Of a DNA stretch of 64,000 nt, positions 1 through 10,020 are shown one piece after another (position 1 is the first letter of the stretch; each line of letters starts with the position of its first letter). The DNA comes from Candidatus Kaiserbacteria bacterium (GTDB lineage Bacteria; Patescibacteriota; Minisyncoccia; Phycocordibacterales; Phycocordibacteraceae). The position numbers were made by a program, and so were the translations under genes. The notes beneath the pieces were generated by a model. That model did not search any database and was not told the origin of the DNA. It saw nothing but the letters and a program-made list of their open reading frames with translations. The stretch spans positions 7,131 through 71,130 of the forward strand of contig JARIGM010000017.1 of the NCBI GenBank assembly GCA_029288865.1. Reading direction: 5' to 3'.

Positions 1-578
1 AGTTCGTAGTGCTCGAGAACGTAAAGGGTATCTATACCCACGACCAGGGCAGGACATTCGCGAGCGTGTTCAAGCTGCTCTCGTCGGCCGGATACAGCGT
101 CCGGGCGGTGCTGCTCAATTCCGCGCACTACGGCTCGGCGCAGGCTCGAGAGCGCGTGCTCTTCCTCTGCCGACGCGGGCAGGATTTTCCCGAAGAGAAT
201 CCCGTCATTCGCGACGACACCAAGCGCTTCCGGGATTTCCGCGGCGCTTACGGTCCCAAAGAGAAGCTGTCCGCCAAGACGCTCACCCGGTTCGTCGCGA
301 GCGGCGGAAAAGGATTCGAGCTGATCGGCGGATACGACCGGGTGAACACGCTCACAACGGGCGTATCGAGCAGCGGGCGCAGGATGCTCGTCACGCAGGA
401 CGATGGGGTGTTCCGAAAGATCACCTGCAGGGAGGCGGAACTCCTGCAAGGATTCCCGGAAGGATGGACGGAGGGCGAGAGCATGGCGAACAGATGGTTC
501 GCGCTCGGCAACGCGGTGAATTGCGCAGTTAGCGACTACCTTTTCACCGACTACTTGAAGCGTCTGTGGTCGCTATAA
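1..578 (+). CDS. DNA (cytosine-5)-methyltransferase, C-terminal part (5' end lies outside the window)
   Basis: Open frame runs from the window edge. ENV (motif VI), QxRxR (motif VIII), a TRD-like stretch, then QGFPEGW and GNAV (motifs IX/X). Sits immediately upstream of the terminase genes. Confidence 0.75.
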   Translation, partial: FVVLENVKGIYTHDQGRTFASVFKLLSSAGYSVRAVLLNSAHYGSAQARERVLFLCRRGQDFPEENPVIRDDTKRFRDFRGAYGPKEKLSAKTLTRFVASGGKGFELIGGYDRVNTLTTGVSSSGRRMLVTQDDGVFRKITCREAELLQGFPEGWTEGESMANRWFALGNAVNCAVSDYLFTDYLKRLWSL

Positions 579-595
579 CCACATAAAGATGCAGG

Positions 596-1123
596 ATGAA
601 GAAATCTCGAGAACAGGTAAGTCTCTACACTGCGAACATCAGGAAGCTGATGGTCGTTCAACACGACATGCCTGTCGTCGAGATGCAGAAGCAGCTTGAG
701 AAGCTCGGCCTTCGCCTCGACGTGCATTACATCGCGCGCTTGAGGGACAAGATACTCGGCGAGCGCGCGAAGCGGGCAGACAGGATGGCTCTCAATTCCG
801 CACTCGCTGCGTTCCAGGACGTGCTTACGGAGACAACGCATATGGCCTGGCAGATAGCCCTGTCCCCTCAGTCGACGAAGCGCGAACGACTGGCTGCTCT
901 AAAGGAGATTCGAGAGGCCCACAAGGACGTCTTCGACAAGCTCTTCGATGCTGGCGTGTTCAACCGCAAGCTCGGCACATTCGAGGCGGACGTACGCGCT
1001 CGACCACTCATGCCGGAAGTAGAGACGGAGATTCTTGAAGCGTTCCAACGATGGGGCGTATTCCCTGAAGCACATGCAAACGATGGAAAAGAACCAGCCG
1101 AATCTAGCGCAGCAGTTCAGTAG
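596..1123 (+). CDS. putative terminase small subunit
   Basis: 175-aa basic/coiled-coil protein directly upstream of, and overlapping, TerL. Called by position only. Confidence 0.4.
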   Translation: MKKSREQVSLYTANIRKLMVVQHDMPVVEMQKQLEKLGLRLDVHYIARLRDKILGERAKRADRMALNSALAAFQDVLTETTHMAWQIALSPQSTKRERLAALKEIREAHKDVFDKLFDAGVFNRKLGTFEADVRARPLMPEVETEILEAFQRWGVFPEAHANDGKEPAESSAAVQ

Positions 1124-2501
1124 CCCTGCGCTGCGCGCGAAGCTCCGCAAGAGCCTTGCGGGATTCTGCCTCATATACCTGCGCCACGCGTTTTATTTGC
1201 CGCCTGGAATCTTCCATCGAGAGCTGGTGAACGAACTCGAAGACCCAAGCGTCCAGTTCCTCGAAGTGATGGGGTTCCGCGGATCGGCAAAGAGCACGCT
1301 CGGATCGTTCGCTCTTCCGCTTTGGGCAGCGCTCGAGAAGCCGGAGCTATTCCCGTTCATCATCCTCATTGCCGACACGGGACTGCAGACCGCGCTCAAC
1401 GTGGCGAACATAAAGAACGAGCTTGATACCAACCTGCTCATCAAGCAGGACTACGGAAACATCTCGGGAGAATTCGTGCAGGACTGGTCGCTAGAGAGCG
1501 AGGAAGACTGGCAGAGCAAGAACATGCTGCTCTCGAATGGCGTGCGCATCATGGCCCGCTCTCGCAACCAGAAAGTCCGTGGTCTGCGCCATAAGGAGCA
1601 TCGTCCGAAGCTAGTCGTAGTAGACGACCCGGAAGACTTGGAATGGGTGCGCACGAAAGAGAACAGGGATAAGACGGATCGCTGGTTCACAGGCGAGGTG
1701 ATACCGGCTATGGATGCGAGAAGCCGAAAGCTGGTGCTCATCGGCAACATGCTCCATACCGATGCCCTCATGTCGCGAGTGAAGAAGAAGGGGCAGTTCA
1801 AAGTGCTCGAGTATCCGCTCGTAAAAGACGGGATATGTCAGTGGCCATCGATGTATCCGACCGAGGAGTCGCTACATACGCAGAGGATTCTTCTCGGAGA
1901 AGTGGCCTGGCAGCGCGAGATGCTGCTGCGAGTGGTGCCGGACGAAGGCCAGGAAGTGAAGCCGGAAGAAATTCACTTCTATGACGCGCTTCCTGCTGAA
2001 GCCTCGCTTATCGGAACCGGCATCGACTACGCGATCAGCAAGAAAGAGGGAGCTGACTATACGTCGATGGTATCCGGCTCTCTCACATACGAGAACGAGC
2101 ATCCGTATATCGACATCCATCCATTCCCGATAAATGCACGACTCGATATGCAAGAGACAGTAAGCACCGCTCAAGCCCTGCATCAGAGTTTCGGCGGCAA
2201 CAGCGTGCTCTTTGCGGAGGAGGTGGCGTATCAAAAAGCAGCGAATGACGAGATGGAACGCAAGGGCTTGCCCGTCGAGCGAATGAGGCCGATCAAAGAC
2301 AAGCGCGCACGCTTACGCGTTGCTGCGATCTACATCAAGAACGGCACGGTGCGGTTTCCGCAGACAGGATGTGAAGACCTGCTCCTGCAATTATTCGGTT
2401 TCGGTGTCGAAGAGCATGACGACATGCTCGACGCGCTGGTATATCTGATTCTCGGCTTGGTCGGCCAGGGACTTGAGATGGAAGAAGTAATCGCTATATG
2501 A
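1035..2501 (+). CDS. terminase large subunit (ATPase + nuclease)
   Basis: Walker A-like GFRGSAKST, Walker B LVVVDDPED, C-terminal acidic nuclease motifs (EEHDDMLDALVY). True start probably lies internal, around 1074-1083. Ends in TGA. Confidence 0.85.
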   Translation: MKRSNDGAYSLKHMQTMEKNQPNLAQQFSSPALRAKLRKSLAGFCLIYLRHAFYLPPGIFHRELVNELEDPSVQFLEVMGFRGSAKSTLGSFALPLWAALEKPELFPFIILIADTGLQTALNVANIKNELDTNLLIKQDYGNISGEFVQDWSLESEEDWQSKNMLLSNGVRIMARSRNQKVRGLRHKEHRPKLVVVDDPEDLEWVRTKENRDKTDRWFTGEVIPAMDARSRKLVLIGNMLHTDALMSRVKKKGQFKVLEYPLVKDGICQWPSMYPTEESLHTQRILLGEVAWQREMLLRVVPDEGQEVKPEEIHFYDALPAEASLIGTGIDYAISKKEGADYTSMVSGSLTYENEHPYIDIHPFPINARLDMQETVSTAQALHQSFGGNSVLFAEEVAYQKAANDEMERKGLPVERMRPIKDKRARLRVAAIYIKNGTVRFPQTGCEDLLLQLFGFGVEEHDDMLDALVYLILGLVGQGLEMEEVIAI

Positions 2502-2752
2502 ACACGCAACAGAACCCAGAAATCCCGCGCAAGCATGCGCTCATCACAGCCGAGCAAGAGGCTCTTTTGCGCGCGTTCGAGCAGGCGAAGAAGATGTCCT
2601 TTGGAGAGATCACCATTTTCGTGCAGAGCGCGAAGATAACCCGGTACGAGATCAGGAAGTCGCAGCTCAATACCGATGCCCAAAAGGGCAATGCGGAGAT
2701 GCTTACGGCTGCCGGGGAAGACCTAAATGAGTTTGAAACTATAGCGATTTAG
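2498..2752 (+). CDS. hypothetical small phage protein
   Basis: 84-aa ORF start-overlapping the TerL stop (ATATGA), co-oriented. Confidence 0.35.
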   Translation: MNTQQNPEIPRKHALITAEQEALLRAFEQAKKMSFGEITIFVQSAKITRYEIRKSQLNTDAQKGNAEMLTAAGEDLNEFETIAI

Positions 2753-2886
2753 ACTTGTCCACAGAGGTCGATTTTTACTCCTTACGCGCCCGGAGGTATA
2801 CTTAGTGCACAACTGAATATGGGAAGGCGTCCGGGTCTCTATCCGGCGCTCCGAATCGAAAAACGATAGGAGCGGCCACGACAGCA

Positions 2887-5103
2887 ATGTCGGGCCGCTC
2901 CTTTTCGTATTCAGGCAATGAAATGCCTGAACTATTCCAAAAAATCTTCACAAGAATCACCAAAGGCTTAACGCCTGGTCTCGGCATCGCTGATGTCGGC
3001 AATGACCCTTTTCTGTCGTGGTCTTCAACGAAGCGCGTCACCGCGGCGAAAGCGATGTCCATCTACAACGGGTGGGTATACGCGTGTACGCGCGCTATTG
3101 CGGAAGAAATCGCCAATATGCAATGGCGTCTCTTCAAAGTCTCGAAGGACGGAGACGATGAAGAAGTTTTTGAGCACGAGCTTCTCGATCTGCTCGACGG
3201 GGTGAATGAATTCCAGACCGGCTACGAGCTCAAGTACACCATGGGCGCGCATCTCGAGCTTGCAGGCAACGCTTACATATTCCTCGACGGCGTGGAGTCC
3301 GAAGGGGGAAAGCCTAAGGCGATCTATCCGCTGAATCCATCCGGCGTGCGCATCATCGTCGACCGTTCTTCGTTCCCGAGCCGCATTTCCAAATACGTTT
3401 ACACGGAGAAGGGAAAGCAATACGAATTCCAGCCGTACCAAGTCCTCCATCTCAAGTACCCCGATCCGAGCGATCCCGAAGAAGGGATCGGCACGGTGCA
3501 GTCCATAGCGAGCTGGATAGATGCCGATAACTACGCAATGGAATTCAATCGTCGCTTCTTCCAGAACGGCGCTCGCATAGGCGGCGTGCTCGAGAGCGAG
3601 AACGCGCGTACGAGCGCGCAACTCGACTACATCAAGAAGTCTTTCGAGGCGATCCACAAGGGATACGACAGCGCCTACAAGACACTTGTGCTTCCGAAAG
3701 GCACGAAGTATACGCAGGCATCAGAAAGCCAGAAGGATATGGATTTCGCCAACCTGATGGACATGATGCGCGATCGCGTACTCGCAGGATTCCGCGTGCC
3801 TCGCACGGTGCTAGGCATCACCGACGATGTGAACCGCGCAAATGCCGAGGCGACAAACTATGTGTTCGCGCTGAGAACGATTAAGCCAAAAATGGAACTC
3901 ATCGTTTCGTACCTCAACGAGTTCCTTGTGCCGCGCTACGGGGACGACCTGTACCTCGACTTCGAAGACCCGGTGCCGGAGAACACCGAACTCAAGATTC
4001 AGGAGATGCAGGCATCGGGAAGCGTACTCTCCCCGAACGAACAGCGTGAGCGGTACTTCGGCTATTCGCCGATCGAGAACGGAGACGAGGTAATGGTGCC
4101 TTTCAGCGTAGTGCCTCTCGGTGCGCCAAAGCAACAGCCAACCAAATCGCGAAAGCCCGGAATCAAGGGTCGCAGCCGTCCGTCCGTGAAGTACGCGCGT
4201 GCAGCAAAGATGCGCAAAGAGCTGTCCAAGGAGTTTGCGGATCGAGTGGTAGCGAATCTCAAGGAAATGGGAGAACGGCAGAAGTCGATAGCAGAGAAAC
4301 ATATATCCGATCTCACTTCCGAAGAATACGAAGTCGTATACCGCGGCTTCGCCTTGCGCGTGAACAACTACGTAAAGCTGCTCTCTTCCGGCATCCGCAA
4401 ATTCAACAAGGGCCAGCACGAGCGCGTGCTGAAGAATCTCACAGACGCCATCAAGAGCGTGAAGAACGCAAAAGGTATCGACGCGGGTACGCTCATGAAC
4501 CTCGACGATGAAATAGCGATCACTATCGCACTCGCAACGCCCGTGCTTAGCGATCTGTACGACAAGGAAAGCCGTGCTGCGGCGGCATCACTCGGCATCG
4601 ACGAATTCGACATACTCGCTAACCCGGCGGTAAAGCGCGCGCTCGATCGAGCCATCGAACTCATGTCCAAGAGCTACAACGAGACCACTCTCGGACTCCT
4701 CAAGAGCAAGCTCGACGAAGGCATAAGCCAGGGCGCGTCCATAGGTGAACTCACGAACCTGGTCTCGCAGATTTACGAATACAGCGATGAGTCGCGCGCA
4801 GAGATGGTGGCGCGTACCGAAGCGTTCCGAGTCGCGAATGACTCGACCAAGCAGACCTGGAAGCAGTCAGGGGTTGTGAAGTCGATGCGCTGGTATACGG
4901 CCGAAGACGAGATGGTCTGTCCGTTATGCGGGCCGCTCGACGGGAAGGTCGTGTCGATAGACCAGAACTTCTTCGACAAGGGCGACACGGTGCAGGGAAG
5001 CGATGGCTCGTCGCTCGACCTGTCGTACGACGATGTCGGCGCTCCTCCGCTCCATCCCGATTGCCGCTGCTACGTGCGGCCGGAGGAGCTGACGGATGAA
5101 TAA
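2887..5103 (+). CDS. portal protein fused to a C-terminal MuF-like minor head (head morphogenesis) domain
   Basis: 738 aa. N-terminal two thirds portal-like. C-terminus carries the Phage_Mu_F/SPP1 gp7 signature (...AEMVARTEAFRVAND...WYTAEDEMVCPLCGPLDGKVV...). Confidence 0.75.
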   Translation: MSGRSFSYSGNEMPELFQKIFTRITKGLTPGLGIADVGNDPFLSWSSTKRVTAAKAMSIYNGWVYACTRAIAEEIANMQWRLFKVSKDGDDEEVFEHELLDLLDGVNEFQTGYELKYTMGAHLELAGNAYIFLDGVESEGGKPKAIYPLNPSGVRIIVDRSSFPSRISKYVYTEKGKQYEFQPYQVLHLKYPDPSDPEEGIGTVQSIASWIDADNYAMEFNRRFFQNGARIGGVLESENARTSAQLDYIKKSFEAIHKGYDSAYKTLVLPKGTKYTQASESQKDMDFANLMDMMRDRVLAGFRVPRTVLGITDDVNRANAEATNYVFALRTIKPKMELIVSYLNEFLVPRYGDDLYLDFEDPVPENTELKIQEMQASGSVLSPNEQRERYFGYSPIENGDEVMVPFSVVPLGAPKQQPTKSRKPGIKGRSRPSVKYARAAKMRKELSKEFADRVVANLKEMGERQKSIAEKHISDLTSEEYEVVYRGFALRVNNYVKLLSSGIRKFNKGQHERVLKNLTDAIKSVKNAKGIDAGTLMNLDDEIAITIALATPVLSDLYDKESRAAAASLGIDEFDILANPAVKRALDRAIELMSKSYNETTLGLLKSKLDEGISQGASIGELTNLVSQIYEYSDESRAEMVARTEAFRVANDSTKQTWKQSGVVKSMRWYTAEDEMVCPLCGPLDGKVVSIDQNFFDKGDTVQGSDGSSLDLSYDDVGAPPLHPDCRCYVRPEELTDE

Positions 5104-5143
5104 AGAAATTATCAAGAAAACCTAAAGAAAACATCAAGAAGTT

Positions 5144-6166
5144 ATGAACGAAATCCTAAAAAAGTTCAGCGAAGAAGCAAAAGCGAAGCTCGTCGCGGCT
5201 CTTTCGACGACCGAAGTCGCCGATTTCATAGCCAAGACCAAGGCGGCGGACGAGTCGGGGCGCTTCCGCGTGGTCATTTCGACCGCAGACCTCGACAGGC
5301 AGGGCGAGATCGTCGACCAGAACGGCTGGGATCTCAACAACTACCTGCAGAACCCGGTCGTCCTCTGGGGACATGACTACTACGCGCTGCCGATCGGCGT
5401 ATGCGACAAGATCAGCATCGAAGACATCGGCAACGGCAGGCAGGGCCTTGTCGCCGAGGGCAAGTTCGCTCCTGCGGACGCGAACCCGTTCGCGCAACAG
5501 GTGCGCAAGCTCTATGACGCAGGCATCGTCCGCACGACATCGGTCGGCTTCATCGTCGGCGAGATGCAGGGCAACACTGTCACCAAGGCGGAGCTGCTCG
5601 AATTCTCGTTCGTTCCCGTTCCAGCGAACCCATACGCCCTATCTCTTTCGCAGGCAAAGGAACTCGACCTCGACATGGAGATGCTCTCGATAAAGGGCCT
5701 CAAGTTCGAGGAGAAAGCGGAGCCTCCGCAAGAAGGTGATGCTTGCACGCTCGACGGAGGCGAAGAGGGAACCATGCAGAGCGATGGGAACGGAGCGCTC
5801 GTGTGCATGCCGAAACCAAAAGCGGCGGAAGAGCCTGAAGCTGCCGAACCGGAAGAGGAAGAGAAGACGGCAACGCCTCTTTCCGAGAAGACGAAGACCG
5901 CTATCAGCGAGGCCATCGACGCGGCCAAAGCGTCGATCGCCGCCTTGGAGGAGCTGCTCACAGCAGGCTACCTCCAGGGTGACGAAGGGGAAGACGAGCT
6001 CGATGGAGTTCCCCCGAAACAAAGGTCGACCCCTACAGGATCAGCGATCGCCGGTTTCGAAGACTGGCGGTTCACGCGCGAGGTCTTGCAGGCAATAGCA
6101 ACCTCTGCAAGCGGCGCGCTCGAGCGGTTCAACAAGACCGCGCGGGAGCACGCTCAGCGGAATTAA
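5144..6166 (+). CDS. HK97-family prohead protease with acidic scaffold-like C-terminal extension
   Basis: N-terminus ...RFRVVISTADLDRQGEIVDQNGW...NPVVLWGHDYYALPIG... is the HK97 prohead protease signature. Glu/Ala-rich C-terminus. Sits between portal and capsid. Confidence 0.75.
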   Translation: MNEILKKFSEEAKAKLVAALSTTEVADFIAKTKAADESGRFRVVISTADLDRQGEIVDQNGWDLNNYLQNPVVLWGHDYYALPIGVCDKISIEDIGNGRQGLVAEGKFAPADANPFAQQVRKLYDAGIVRTTSVGFIVGEMQGNTVTKAELLEFSFVPVPANPYALSLSQAKELDLDMEMLSIKGLKFEEKAEPPQEGDACTLDGGEEGTMQSDGNGALVCMPKPKAAEEPEAAEPEEEEKTATPLSEKTKTAISEAIDAAKASIAALEELLTAGYLQGDEGEDELDGVPPKQRSTPTGSAIAGFEDWRFTREVLQAIATSASGALERFNKTAREHAQRN

Positions 6167-6172
6167 ATCTAT

Positions 6173-7363
6173 ATGGACGAAAAACAACTCACTCAACTCA
6201 AAGACGTGATGGGGAATGTCTTCGACGAACTGATGCAGCAGAAGCTCGCTCCGTTCGTCGGCGACCTCACCGCGCAGAAGACCAAGGAGATCGTGGAGAA
6301 GCTCCGCACGGAGCGCAATCTTTACGGCCATGACCGCACGGGCCTCACCGAGAAGCAGAAGAAGGATTTCGCCGAGGTGGTGAAGGCCGCAGCCCTCAAG
6401 CTGCAGGTCGATACCAAGGCCAACGAAGCCCTGCTCGAAGAGCAGGACAACCGCGGCGGTATCCTCGTCTCCCGCGAAGTGGCGAATGCGATCACTCGCA
6501 TCGCCGCGTCGGTAGGCATCGTCATGAGTCAGGCCGCCAAGTGGGACCTGACCACCGACGAGCTGGGCATCCCGAACTACACCGGATCGTTCCTCGAGGG
6601 CGAGTACCTCGGAGTCGATGCGGGCGGTTCGCTCACGGCCCTCACGTTCGGCGCAGCGAACCTCATCGTCAAGAAGTGGCAGCTCGCGTTCGTCGTCGGC
6701 AACGACCTCCTGGTCGATGCCTCGGTGAACCTCGCGGACTGGCTTCTCGCGCTCGGAGGCGAGGCGCTTGCGAACATGGTCGACAAGCAGACCTTCACCG
6801 GCGCCGGGTCTCCGTTCATCGGGTTGCAGAACAACCCTGATGTCGCGACCTGGACGATGCCGACCGGAGAAACCGGATTCGACAAGTTCAATCCGATCAG
6901 CGACAGCTCCGATGTCATCGGCCAGCTCGAAGAGTCAGTCCTCGACGGCGCAGCCTTCTACTTCCACCGCACGGTGTGGGCGAAGATTCGCGCGGCAAAG
7001 GACGGCGCAGGCAACTACATTCTGCCGTTCGGCGGAGTGGCTTCTCCTGCAGTTCTTCAGAACAACCCGACCGGCGGGGGCGTGAAGCCGGCGGGCGAGA
7101 TGCTCGGATTCCCGGTATTCACCGTTCGCCACCTTCCGGCGTACAGCGCTTCCGGCACGAGCAAGCTCTTCGGCGTCTTCGGCAACATGAAGGCCCAGGC
7201 GTACGGAGACAAGGGCGAAATGCGCGTGTCGCAGTTCGAGAGCGGCAACTTCTCGGGAGAGATCGCGCTCAAGGATCAGCGCGCGCTGGTCTACAAGCAC
7301 CGCCACGCGCTCGTGACGGCTCTTGCGGCCGCGTTCGTGAACATCAAGACGGCTGCATCGTAG
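6173..7363 (+). CDS. major capsid protein (HK97-like)
   Basis: 396 aa immediately after the prohead protease. Size and order are typical. No minus-strand competitor is credible at this GC. Confidence 0.7.
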   Translation: MDEKQLTQLKDVMGNVFDELMQQKLAPFVGDLTAQKTKEIVEKLRTERNLYGHDRTGLTEKQKKDFAEVVKAAALKLQVDTKANEALLEEQDNRGGILVSREVANAITRIAASVGIVMSQAAKWDLTTDELGIPNYTGSFLEGEYLGVDAGGSLTALTFGAANLIVKKWQLAFVVGNDLLVDASVNLADWLLALGGEALANMVDKQTFTGAGSPFIGLQNNPDVATWTMPTGETGFDKFNPISDSSDVIGQLEESVLDGAAFYFHRTVWAKIRAAKDGAGNYILPFGGVASPAVLQNNPTGGGVKPAGEMLGFPVFTVRHLPAYSASGTSKLFGVFGNMKAQAYGDKGEMRVSQFESGNFSGEIALKDQRALVYKHRHALVTALAAAFVNIKTAAS

Positions 7364-7405
7364 CCGCCTGAACAGGTCGAAATTACCAAGCCAACACTCA
7401 CAACT

Positions 7406-7708
7406 ATGAGCGAGGAAACAAAGAACAAGTACCGAGTCCTCAAAGCGGTGGCCATTTCGGGAATCGTGCAGCGCGGCGTGATCGTCGAGCTCACGGATCG
7501 AGAAGCGACCAATATCGGTATCGGCGAATACCTCGAGGAAGTCTCCGATGAGGAGGATGCCTCGATCGAATCGCACGAGGCCACCGAAGAAGCGGCCGGC
7601 ACCTACGAGGAGCCGGAAGCCGAGGACTCGGAGAGCGAGCAAACCCCGACCGAAGAGTCCGGGTCTGCCCCAGCCGGCGAGGGCAGCGAAGAAGCAACCG
7701 GCAATTAG
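7406..7708 (+). CDS. acidic hypothetical head-associated protein
   Basis: 100 aa, very E/D-rich C-terminus. Located after the capsid gene. Confidence 0.4.
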   Translation: MSEETKNKYRVLKAVAISGIVQRGVIVELTDREATNIGIGEYLEEVSDEEDASIESHEATEEAAGTYEEPEAEDSESEQTPTEESGSAPAGEGSEEATGN

Positions 7709-7732
7709 CAGAACCGTAAGCACCAGAATCGT

Positions 7733-8155
7733 ATGCGTTCAGTCTATGACGGCGTAAAGGCAGTTCTCGGCATCGCACCGATCGCGCAAGCGAACGCGGA
7801 GGCGCTGTCGGGCGCTATCGATACGCTCGGCTACAACAGCGCGCTTGTCGAAGTGCAGACCGGAGCCGCAACCGGCACTCCTGACAGCTACTCCGTAGCT
7901 TGCAAGGTGACGGAATGCGACACATCCGGCGGCACGTACTCGGACATCAGCGGGGCAACCGCCACGCTCGATGCCAACGGCAAGCATGCGCAGATTCGCA
8001 TCGAGGGACTGGGCACCGGCCGTAAGCGCTATCTCAAGATCAGCATGACCCCTTCGTTCGTCAACGGCACTTCGCCGAAGGCGCTCATCGGAGCAACCGC
8101 TGTTCTCGGGCGCCCTTACAAGGAGCCGGTAGGCAATTCCTCGACCGAATCCTAG
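7733..8155 (+). CDS. hypothetical phage structural protein
   Basis: 140-aa ORF within the co-linear structural module. Confidence 0.4.
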   Translation: MRSVYDGVKAVLGIAPIAQANAEALSGAIDTLGYNSALVEVQTGAATGTPDSYSVACKVTECDTSGGTYSDISGATATLDANGKHAQIRIEGLGTGRKRYLKISMTPSFVNGTSPKALIGATAVLGRPYKEPVGNSSTES

Positions 8156-8200
8156 TCGAGCATCGGCCACTCCTTCCGACCAGATCGGAGGGAGGAGCGG

Positions 8201-8845
8201 GTGCTCAACCCGAACAACAACATGGCGGAAAAAATCTACGATCACGCACTCACAACGCTTCAGCGGATTAAAGACCGCTTGAACATAACCGCATCCGAGC
8301 ACGATGCGGTGCTTCAGCGACTCATAAACGCGGCGACCGACTATATCGAGAGCAACTGCGGAAGGCGATTCAAGAGCGCGAGCTATGTCGAGACGCATTC
8401 AGTCTTGAGCGGCATGCAGGAATATCTTGCGCTCAGGCAAATACCCGTCACTTCGTTCGCCAGCCTCGAATATCGCGCAGGCACGCCATCGACACCTCAA
8501 TGGACGGCATATCTCCCTGATGAATACGAGCTGCTTGAAGAAGGGGTTAGCGGAATCGTGCGCATGTACGGGGCATACCCGAGTCCGCTAAGCGCCTTCC
8601 GCGCGACATACACGGCCGGATACCTGTTCGATTTCGCAAACTTCGGCGATCCGAGCAAGCACAACCTTCCGGCAGACCTCACCGATCTCTGCGAGCGGAT
8701 GGTAGTGCGCTTCTGGAAGCGCCGCGAGAAGCCAGGCGTGATGAGCGAATCCATACGCGATTCCAGCGTGACCTGGAAGGACACGGTCGATGCGGACGAT
8801 CAGGACGTCATAAGCCGCTACGCGCGACTCCCACAATTCGTATGA
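8201..8845 (+). CDS. head-tail connector (gp6-like) protein
   Basis: N-terminus ...LQRIKDRLNITASEHDAVLQRLINAATDYIESNCGRRF matches gp6-like connectors. Confidence 0.5.
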   Translation: MLNPNNNMAEKIYDHALTTLQRIKDRLNITASEHDAVLQRLINAATDYIESNCGRRFKSASYVETHSVLSGMQEYLALRQIPVTSFASLEYRAGTPSTPQWTAYLPDEYELLEEGVSGIVRMYGAYPSPLSAFRATYTAGYLFDFANFGDPSKHNLPADLTDLCERMVVRFWKRREKPGVMSESIRDSSVTWKDTVDADDQDVISRYARLPQFV

Positions 8846-9348
8846 GCGCTAACGCCTATTCCATCGAAATACGCGGACTTCCCGAATTGCAGCGGGCATT
8901 CAAGGACTACCCGAAGATCGCGGCACCGCGGCTTGCGAACGCGATAAATAAAGCACTCGCCATCCTTCAGAAGAACGCGACAAGCGATGTCCTTCAGTTC
9001 AAGACACCGCGCGGACTGCGCACCGGATACCTCCAAGCGAGCTGGGGCCAGCCCGGAGTGGGACTCGAACTCGCGAACACAGGGAAGCTGTCCGGTCGCA
9101 TCTGGTCGAACGCGCGGTACGCGCTCTTCGTGCACGAAGGCACAAGGCCGCACCTGATCGCGGTGGTGCGCAAGCGCGTGCTCGCGAATAAGAAGACCGG
9201 GGAAATCTTCGGAAGATTCGTCCACCATCCGGGAACGAAACCGAACCGCTTCCTACCTCGCATCATCGCGAAGTCCCAGGAAGAGATCGATACGGCATTC
9301 AAGCGCGCGGGCGAACTCGTCACGCAAGACCTCGCAACCAACACCTGA
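8842..9348 (+). CDS. HK97 gp10-like head-tail joining protein
   Basis: Start overlaps the upstream stop (ATGA). Size and the ...PRGLRTGYL... motif are typical. Confidence 0.5.
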   Translation: MSANAYSIEIRGLPELQRAFKDYPKIAAPRLANAINKALAILQKNATSDVLQFKTPRGLRTGYLQASWGQPGVGLELANTGKLSGRIWSNARYALFVHEGTRPHLIAVVRKRVLANKKTGEIFGRFVHHPGTKPNRFLPRIIAKSQEEIDTAFKRAGELVTQDLATNT

Positions 9349-9349
9349 T

Positions 9350-9793
9350 ATGACCGCGCTCTCTACAACCATCAAGCAAGCAATAGCCGGGCATCTCGAT
9401 GCACTCAAGGAAGGCGGCACGCTCGGCGCGTATCTCGTGCAGGACTTCCGCGAGAACATCCTCGACACCGATTTCCCAGGATTCCCATGCGCCGTGCTCC
9501 TACCGCCCTCCATCGGAAGCGTCGAAGACACGAACGACTCGAACATGCGCACCTACACGTTCGACATCGTGTTCGTGCAGAAGAAGGAAAACCTTGCAAG
9601 CAGCACCGATCTCGAAGAGCTGATCGAAGCGGTGCTCGACGAGTTCGATAACGATGTCACGCTCGGCGGCGCGGCGACCGCGGGACTCCCGCCGTCCGCG
9701 AGCGAGCCGGACGAAGTCACCTCGGCAGACCAGACCTACGTGGCGTTCGTCGTCACGCTCCGGCCGCGAGCGATTAGAAACATAACCCTATAG
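9350..9793 (+). CDS. tail completion/terminator-like protein
   Basis: 147 aa, in order after the head-tail adaptors. Confidence 0.4.
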   Translation: MTALSTTIKQAIAGHLDALKEGGTLGAYLVQDFRENILDTDFPGFPCAVLLPPSIGSVEDTNDSNMRTYTFDIVFVQKKENLASSTDLEELIEAVLDEFDNDVTLGGAATAGLPPSASEPDEVTSADQTYVAFVVTLRPRAIRNITL

Positions 9794-9795
9794 CC

Positions 9796-10008
9796 ATGAT
9801 TACGAATTCAAAAAACAAGGCAGTCGAGAGTCCGAACAGCGAGCAGCTCGAGGACTATCACTTCGCGGGAAGCGGCGAGTACATCCCTCAGACCGTGCGC
9901 GCCAAGAGCAGGCAGGCGGCCGAAGAGGAATGGCGCCGCACCCGGAAGCCGGTCAACGCGCCGGAAGCGCCTGCGGCACAGACCGATCCACTACCAGAAC
10001 AACCTTAA
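9796..10008 (+). CDS. small hypothetical protein
   Basis: 70-aa ORF in the co-linear module. Confidence 0.3.
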   Translation: MITNSKNKAVESPNSEQLEDYHFAGSGEYIPQTVRAKSRQAAEEEWRRTRKPVNAPEAPAAQTDPLPEQP

Positions 10009-10020
10009 TCACCAACATTT

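Noticed and set aside
2499-2501. Possibility of UGA recoding (as in some CPR lineages)
   Set aside because: TGA cleanly terminates TerL and several other well-defined genes. RF1 being present says nothing about RF2, which may lie outside the window. Standard code 11 assumed.
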